64,000 bases of DNA, taken from assembly GCA_000165345.1 (NCBI GenBank), contig CM000433.1, positions 672,001-736,000 on the forward strand. Reading direction: 5' to 3'. The notes under the pieces were generated by a model. The model had not been told where the DNA came from. It saw nothing but the letters and a program-made list of their open reading frames with translations, and ran no database searches. Positions within the stretch are counted from its first letter, which is position 1. The number at the start of each line of letters is the position of its first letter. Of this stretch, positions 59,101 through 64,000 are shown in pieces. Made by a program: the position numbers and the translations under genes.

Positions 59101-59315
59101 TTCAGTTGAAATATCAGTCCTAGCTTTTCTTTATCGTTTTCACATCTTATTAGAGTCATACTTAGTGGATAAGAGTCCAGAATGCAACATTCCCCTTCTC
59201 TATTACTACTTATCTCCTCATTTTCGTGGCATGTTAGAATATCTAGAGCCTCCTCTAGTTCCAGTCGCATTCTGTTTACATTTTTATCCAACTCAAGCTC
59301 CTCCCTATCACTCAT
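53106..59315 (-). CDS. Large alpha-glucan (starch/amylopectin) synthase fusion of 2069 aa. Domain order is an N-terminal region of about 600 aa of unknown function, a CBM48-like module, a GH13 alpha-amylase-family domain, a GT5 glycogen/starch-synthase catalytic domain, and an S/N-rich C-terminal tail.
   Basis: The CBM48 signature is MNIYLVGDFNDWNKTSHPM. GH13 is marked by YNCLLLTGLLEHY...FTPYSKYGTLEEFKDLMDDCHSRGIAVIVDFNLTF and GIDGFRFTVPDLS (region II, GFRxD-like). GT5 is marked by LRIAMFSWESLYTHSVGGVSPHVSQLSASLVRLGHEVHLFTR, ILTLHSTEYGRCGN, ICVSGVFAEE and C-terminally GKPVVATTSGGPRDFLTPNVDGYLVEP (GT-B fold). Confidence 0.8.
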   Translation of the reverse strand: MSDREELELDKNVNRMRLELEEALDILTCHENEEISSNREGECCILDSYPLSMTLIRCENDKEKLGLIFQLNEFSRMVKGSYWMVLEDNKDPRNLCMLEFFNYSDGVFRNKMFEVIVDKNEREILQNYFSHSNSILNMNGGNKSEISNEKWMMTTLKRRRDIENSRNNLGLAFCNTFLKESNEKIRSFDLSSLAFMVKFSEVSNISELINNVETLYEDFRLNKMEESFLTVFSFSIENRLDGQARFEDELKKLSLSNSKKDAYMIHIFTNPTDYAMVTSTYNWSSYISTLKDLALGEARTEFMTQKLIYNSLENFEDLNIFRTEDSERDLEIKENMMGGENLDGKSTIATTLNYYSTDSCKLVDSANGFSSTDLDSVTTSINSSTENLTLSKKGSTLEGLDENKELEVIDDIEIFEDEEVIGFEEDPLLVSEWSNLRFWESAVVGASDSVAISNIRKKNLLYSNSTINSNNNQNEKLTDNQEIPVIQESVKEEEFYECREMMFDTHTLKAKLAKSVWGGATCSDRNCMQCFALLHAHAQTNTDKDEKTMENERIWCREGFTKFCEVYKSMGVVELKRKSELGNGNRAWLIREFIGDELTDQVFCYGLNRRRRSIKGGLRTMNIYLVGDFNDWNKTSHPMQLETENICSMNQEIYENYPSIPHFMKSRVYSIILDENKLESFLSCSPKANSISFKIRIVTSKADGFTEGHMAEVNNSMGAVSSQELETYRLLSYSRSLTTSGIKDSTENALMNCNFYLESQKEHDGLRNRDLKYPLPRCVLKPRLGGNLKQNKDNIFDSNGKEYQIPVTSIVKGLVTNFRQSPLYIYEANIAFSSKGEFGTFASFKEKVLPRISRGGYNCLLLTGLLEHYQSFSNSQYPFNYFTPYSKYGTLEEFKDLMDDCHSRGIAVIVDFNLTFADITNSNSMLQPCDREVNNNLSNLQDIIDIDEINMCSGSEASNGNMSREGSFIFGNGNSGTNIVRIDELFLDDSVVDLYESFMLTNLNTFNPSFFKHTPDVISPLFAYNKSYSRLNLGYIPMLAQIFSSLHYLLTHLGIDGFRFTVPDLSEEQEKYSYISSVLALINDTIHTIKPFAITIANELLLRENKDKACSELAVPLEYGGMGFDYIWNTSICSSLQDIILKSPSSLNIKKDIIDELLPHEDKMRNSNKKIRILYKNREKQNISSRGDNDNGNNNSYSDMGESDLHTVEFVSRNLYGIESLEMKTVTQNPLRIAMFSWESLYTHSVGGVSPHVSQLSASLVRLGHEVHLFTRATTSAYIIKVHDGVLYHECPFQLNSDFVTEIINMCNSFVYYMQRWEDGLTKVPDHPMLNNVKNGYRFNICHCHDWLAAPVLTSLRRIGNNNRTTILTLHSTEYGRCGNQSYGGQSGRISDIEREGSHTADRLICVSGVFAEEVCRLFGINRNKIKVIFNGINCKTFDSVAMDDAGEVKRQYGIGPLEPTFLCVARMALQKGVDLLIEAVPGILKYRNDTKFIIVGDGHQKDEIVRRSHQLGIYNSIRFVGKKSGDDVIRLYKACDAVVVPSRNEPFGIVVLEGWTAGKPVVATTSGGPRDFLTPNVDGYLVEPCKDSIAWGCCEILKNFDHSRWMGSRGRVKAAYSFSWDSIARATSFLYFEQCNVLDVTPSLILKPNSPIILQAFGENALHHHMMVFDGFDKSVFALKQLKLLILTTMAFAKNGVFQSMGSEFGNPDSFDLPRPNNNMDNSKMCCKWDLADNKNLKFKHLEFFNTLLIRLEKFLSWIAKNNIQDYGVNYNYLSPLTCGSEGELGKNGLTSACYSKSISPLTKGTSTSLIPSEISPASTFSKRVLAKKEAIIKKLEESSGDNTSPVDNESVIYLDSTPQSNGKEGSKSIQNIYSRAKSLGKHSKDSLKILTTDSLYNSSSNINVVLCHELDKVMVIERNNCVFVFNFSEKYYNDYGFGISSELPQSLIIDTQDERFGGDKKYHITGSFCSTSIKSEQGFKIFSPNSEPSNINSIVNNKFPNNFQHESPYRFVNTKSLKQTVFLNMSPFSAYILAPSNLVQDFPCETVGDKLFSQNIDSFVDSIGLFC

Positions 59316-60206
59316 CTTACACTCCCCTTTTTGTGAGAGTATTTATTATGTGATATGATCTTTATTCTTTGAGGTTTTAGATTCTTGGATTTAACTTATT
59401 TTTGTCTTTTTTGTTTTCAATTATCTTCTTTTAATATCCAAGTTAATTTATAAGTTTCATAAATACAAAACTTGTTTATTATAATTTCTTTTCCCCTTCT
59501 TATTTGGACTTTCACTTCAAGCTTAATTATCAATTATTTATTTATTTTAAATATTTAACCAACTCGAAAAAATGACAATAATAACTGGAAAACTGCTTTA
59601 TATTTATATACAAAATGCTAATTATTGGATTCCAAATATTGCCAATAATAATGAGATAACTTTCTTGATATCTTCTTTAGTTAAAGTCTTATTTTTACTC
59701 TATATAAATTATTTTGAAAACTCAATACTTAGAACTTACTAATAATCAATTATTAATAAAATAATAAATTATAATTGTAATCAATGAATAAATACGATCC
59801 AAGAGCTGACGACTTTTACCAATTTCTTCTGAATTTGTAAATTAAGATTGAGAAAGTGATCCTAACAATTCTATTTTCTCACTTAATTATATTATATTAC
59901 TATCCTTAATACTGTAGAAAAGTAATACTATGAATTAAAAAGAAACTTTGATCCTTCTTATATCGCTTATGAAATATTTACTTCAATTTATTCCGAAATC
60001 CAAATTGTTGGTGTCCTTCCAAAGCAGAAGTGGTTGTGATAGTTCCAGTTGTATATTTAATAACTGTAAATTTTACTGAATAAAGCTTTTGAAAAAAATA
60101 TATATATTTAAAAAATCCAAATCCACACAAAGCAAAATGCTGATTTCTCTTCAGCTATTTAAAGCACATATATAATGAAAGCCCAGTATAGAATTATATA
60201 TATAAG

Positions 60207-60232
60207 TATATATATATATATATATATATATA
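60207..60232. repeat. (TA)13 dinucleotide microsatellite in an intergenic region.
   Basis: TATATATATATATATATATATATATA, seen directly. Confidence 0.8.
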
Positions 60233-62147
60233 AATCTTTATATGAAAAACTTGAATTGAATTATAAAATGAATTTGAACTGAATTAGTGAGATTCCAAAT
60301 CGTACCCAAAGTAACTCAAAAGCAGAAATGAGAAGAAAAAAAAATTAGAGGGAAATTATTCGCTCTAAACCTTTTTTTCTATTATTCTGCTTATATAGTC
60401 CTTGGTTATTGCCTAAATTGCACCCTTTTTCTAACAGGTCAGGTTTACTTGTTTTATATCTTTTTCTTCGTGTAAATACAATTCCTAAATCTTATAAAAA
60501 TTGGAATAAGCTTAGCTTTGTCAATCTTTACTGAAGAAAAAAAATATACTGGTTACTTTTGTCTTATTTTTTCCTTCTAACCTTTTTCCACGCGAATTCG
60601 AGAGTAGAAAGATTCTGCTTGCAATCAGAAATGTGCAACTCTTTTCTTCTTTCCTATTAGTATATATATATTTTTTTGGAGCCTATTAACTAATTATTTA
60701 AAAAAAATTGTAATCTGTAATTAGATGATTTGAAATATTCGGCTTTTCAGAAATATTATCCAGGTTGAATTTCCCTTGTATCTCTAATCTAGGACTTGTC
60801 TTGATATTTTAACTTTTGAAATAAGAAAAAAAGAGGATTAGGAATTCACACCTTAAAGAATATCTGTTATATTTATTATTAATAAATATATAAAATATTT
60901 ATATTTTAATGCATGTATATACACCAATATATTTTCTATATACACATATACATAAAAAAAATGTATATAGTATATTAACTATATAATAATGGTTCCAGTA
61001 AATTGAGTTGAACCAACCTTGAAAAACTTTGGCTGAATTTTCAGAAATAGATTTTGTGACATATGATGTTAATATTTAGAGTTAATGCATTAATCCCAAT
61101 ATATTCTTTGATTTTCTTTTATATATACAATAGAATGGATAAATTAATGTTTATTTATTGTAATATTCTTTTGCTTCTTTGACTTTTAAGCAATTAATAA
61201 GAATACTATAACTAAGTTCAATTTCTTTTATTTAATTTCCAACTGAAATTTGTGTGTGAATTTTTCGATATATATTACCTTTATGAACTGTTAACTTATT
61301 AGTTAGTTTAAAAAAAAAAATGCTGCACAATACTATAAGAACCTCGAAAACTTTAAACTCGGAAAGTAATTAAATAATTTAATTTTACTCTGACCCTCTT
61401 CCTTCAAGCTCGAGCGAAGATTTACTTAAATAATTTGATTTGCACACTTCTTGTTGCTCGAAAATAATTTTATTTTCACAATCAAATAATAAACACAGAC
61501 TTTTAACACGGATTAATTAAAAAAATGAATGAATTGTCGAAACTACTCAAAATACTAAAATTTAGTATGAAAATACTCCTTCATGTAATTTTTGCTTTTT
61601 TTTCTTTTTTTACCTTTTTTTCTCACATATAATTTTTTCCCCCTTATATTAAGCCCTAACCTAATTATTAATTAAATACTACCCGCTCCCACATTCGACC
61701 GCCTATATAGTATTCATTTTTTTAGTGCAAGTGTGCATTGTAAATTTTGAGAAAGAAAAATAAATAAATATATATTTCATATATATTTACAAATTACAAA
61801 AAATACAAAATATAAAGTTGTTTACAATTAATTAAATTTACGGTAGATTCCCAAATTAATTTTAAATATTTCCCTATTCTCATTCCCTATCCTTTTCCTC
61901 ACATCGAATTTCACTCTACTTGTTTCTTTTCATCACGTTTAATAACAATCTACATACTATCACCCCCCTTATACACTCAAATGCGCCCCCCCGTCGGTCC
62001 GGATATGGGGCTCTATATTATCCCATCCACCTATCTCCCCCATTTTATTCCCACCTTTCTACACTCCCCCCACCTTTTACCCCCTATACAATTTTTTGTT
62101 AAACTACCGCCTTTTTATTTTAAAAAAATTACACGCCCCCTTGCCAC

Positions 62148-62442
62148 NNNNTTNTNANTTNNATNAATNNGCNNNNCTNANNNNNNANANNNNNNNAGNN
62201 NNNANNNNNNNNNNNNNNNANNTNNNNNNNNNNNNTNNCTNNNNTNTTNNNNNNNNNCNNNNNNNNCNNNNNTNNNTNNCNNTNNCTNNNNANNNNNNNT
62301 NNTTTNNNNNTTTTTNNNNNNNNNNNNNNNNTNNTNNTTNNTNNNTTTNNNNNNNNTNTTTNANNNNCANNNNNNNNTTNNCNNNNNNTNCNNNNNNNNN
62401 NNNANNNNTNNNNNTTTTNNCNNNCNNNNNANNNNNNNNNTN
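62148..62442. other. Partially N-masked block of about 300 nt. The surviving bases are mostly T. It is preceded by a strongly pyrimidine-rich, G-poor tract (61900..62147).
   Basis: Seen directly. The flanking sequence carries CCCCC blocks and CT-rich strand asymmetry. Confidence 0.9.
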
Positions 62443-63026
62443 TATATAATGTTAAACACTAACTAATATTACTTAGTTGTCCATACTATTTAGCTTTATA
62501 TTTTGCTATACTAATTATATAAGGCTTTAATTATTAGATTAGATTGTACTATATATTTTCGCAGAAAATTTCAACTCGGCTCAAAAGCATTTTATTGGTA
62601 TAATTAGCCTATTTATTTGCCAAGCCCTTCCCTAAGTTCACTTCATAAATTTTGTTGGTTTTGCTTAAACTTTAAAGGGCAAAACATTTTTTTTATTAAA
62701 AACTATCAAACTAAAGAAACTTTGACTAAATAGATAATCTCATTTGTAGAATTAAAATAATACTCCTTGCCACCTCCGTAATATACAAAAAAATTTGTAA
62801 AAAAACAATTAATTGAATTTGTTCTTATTTCGTGTATGAAATTCATTTCAAAAAAATAATACGATAACTTCCGCTCATTTAATTAAATTAATATAGTTTT
62901 TCTATTATTAAAAAAAAAATGTTCTTAAAGAAAATTTAGCGGCCTTTATGCCTGCCTTGTATTTTAGAATACTTTTCTTAATCCATTCTTGATATGATAA
63001 TAACATCTGACTACGTAATCGTCGAG

Positions 63027-63098
63027 TCCGAGTTAGTATAGTGGTTAGTATATCCGCCTGTCACGCGGATGACCCGGGTTCAATTCCCGGACTTGGAG
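63027..63098 (+). tRNA. tRNA-Asp: tRNA-Asp (anticodon GUC).
   Basis: TCCGAGTTAGTATAGTGGTTAGTATATCCGCCTGTCACGCGGATGACCCGGGTTCAATTCCCGGACTTGGAG. The acceptor stem pairs TCCGAGT with ACTTGGA (one G-U pair). The D-arm is AGTATAGTGGTTAGTAT, the anticodon loop is CTGTCAC (GTC), and the T-arm is CCGGGTTCAATTCCCGG. It is almost identical to canonical eukaryotic tRNA-Asp. A T-run follows directly. Confidence 0.85.
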
Positions 63099-63106
63099 CT
63101 TTTTTT
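63099..63106 (+). terminator. RNA polymerase III terminator T-tract downstream of tRNA-Asp.
   Basis: CTTTTTTT follows the discriminator base directly. Confidence 0.5.
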
Positions 63107-63607
63107 AAAAAATTTGTTTTGCCTAAATTTGGACCGCTCTTTTTTATTGTTAAATGGCAGCTCTATTTTCGGACTTGAACTTTGGTAATAAACATCACCT
63201 GACAAATCAACTTAATTAATTTCTAATACTGTGCTCAGGAAAACAACACGCACATAATTTAAACACTTTCGTTTAAAAAGAAGGAAAAAATCGTATCGAA
63301 CTACACATTACTTAGTAACTATTTTGATTCAAACTAGCCCACCTTCTATCCATAATATTAGTTATCATTGACTAACAATTATAATAGAATTTTCTTGCTA
63401 AATTTAGAGTTTATTAGCATTGATTAGACAATTTATCATCTTTTTTTTTAGCTTTCAAATGAGAATAGAACTGAGATCTGAATAATGTAATAAGAAATTG
63501 TCTACAAGAAGTGATAACTTGTGTAATTCATATTTCTATTTAAGTTGCAATACGTATCTGTGTTCAGGAAATAAGCTGTTAAGAACAACTCCAAGAACAA
63601 TATTGAT

Positions 63608-64000
63608 TTAGAAGCACTTTCTGTGTACAATTGATGGACCAGATTCGTCATACTCTTCCTTAGTGATCCACATTTGTTGGAAAGTAGATAAAGAAGATAA
63701 GATGGAACCACCAATCCATACAGAGTATTTACGCTCAGGAGGTGCAACAACCTTGATCTTCATTGTTGATGGAGCCAAAGAAGTGAGCTCTTTTGTCATT
63801 CTTTCTCCAATACCTGGATACATTGTTGTACCTCCAGATAAAACAATATTGGCATAAAGGTCTTTACGGATATCAAGATCACATTTCATGATAGATTGGA
63901 ATGTAGTTTCACCAATACCGACAGCTTCTTTACCTAAAAAACCTGGTTGGAATAAAGCCTCAGGACATCTGAATCTTTCACTACCTACAGTAATTACATG
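63608..64000 (-). CDS. ACT: Conventional actin, C-terminal part; the gene continues beyond the window end.
   Basis: The minus strand translates to ...[130 protein letters not shown]. The frame stays open to position 64000. Confidence 0.9.
   Translation of the reverse strand, partial: HVITVGSERFRCPEALFQPGFLGKEAVGIGETTFQSIMKCDLDIRKDLYANIVLSGGTTMYPGIGERMTKELTSLAPSTMKIKVVAPPERKYSVWIGGSILSSLSTFQQMWITKEEYDESGPSIVHRKCF

Noticed and set aside
61640-61660. Telomere-like CCCTAACCTAA motif.
   Set aside because: There are fewer than two repeat units, the site is internal to the contig, and tRNA and actin genes lie downstream. It is not a telomere or a credible telomerase template.

Overview
This window reads as nuclear DNA from an AT-rich apicomplexan, most plausibly a Cryptosporidium-like organism; that species call is inference from sequence features, not a database hit. 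Overall AT is roughly 70-75 percent. The window is gene-dense, with long uninterrupted ORFs, short intergenic spacers, a few short GTAAGT...YAG introns, and intergenic clusters of E2F-like (TTTCCCGCCAAAA, TTTGGCGGGAA, GGCGCC) and AP2-like (TGCATGCA) motifs. An apicortin gene (p25-alpha plus doublecortin domains) supports the apicomplexan placement. Genes recognised from the translations, in order:
- 1..3086 (+): C-terminal half of the Brr2/SNRNP200 spliceosomal helicase, 5'-partial, one intron.
- 3327..5627 (-): 766-aa hypothetical protein.
- 5992..6978 (-): six-exon NudC/CS-domain gene that the ORF track missed.
- 7213..9333 (+): Rtf1 with a Plus3 domain.
- 9736..12252 (+): 838-aa hypothetical protein.
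- 13126..13728 (-): ribosomal protein S7e.
- 14723..15536 (+): apicortin, two exons.
- 15878..16813 (-): Nse4-like kleisin.
- 17328..20051 (+): secreted type-B carboxylesterase-like protein, four exons.
- 20298..20783 (-): NatA catalytic subunit Naa10.
- 21579..25710+ (+): hypothetical protein over 1370 aa, running into a masked block.
- 26482..35163 (-): midasin/Rea1 AAA ATPase, 3'-truncated at the same masked block.
- 35572..35690 (+) and 36006..36153 (-): a pair of spliceosomal snRNA genes, U5 and U4, in the midasin-Usb1 intergenic region.
- 36337..37521 (+): Usb1-like 2H phosphoesterase.
- 37549..51891 (-): 4780-aa multi-pass membrane protein with EF-hands.
- 53106..59315 (-): 2069-aa fusion of CBM48, a GH13 amylase-like domain and a GT5 starch synthase domain.
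- 63027..63098 (+): tRNA-Asp(GUC).
- 63608..64000 (-): 3' end of a conventional actin gene.
Two partially N-masked blocks (25711..26505 and 62148..62442) look like low-quality assembly. The first sits where two convergent genes are both cut short. There are no prokaryotic-type systems here (no CRISPR, no operons). The items worth a second look are eukaryotic: the snRNA pair with a shared upstream motif, the intron-dense NudC gene, the esterase-like protein that lacks its catalytic histidine, the starch-synthase fusion, and the giant EF-hand membrane protein.
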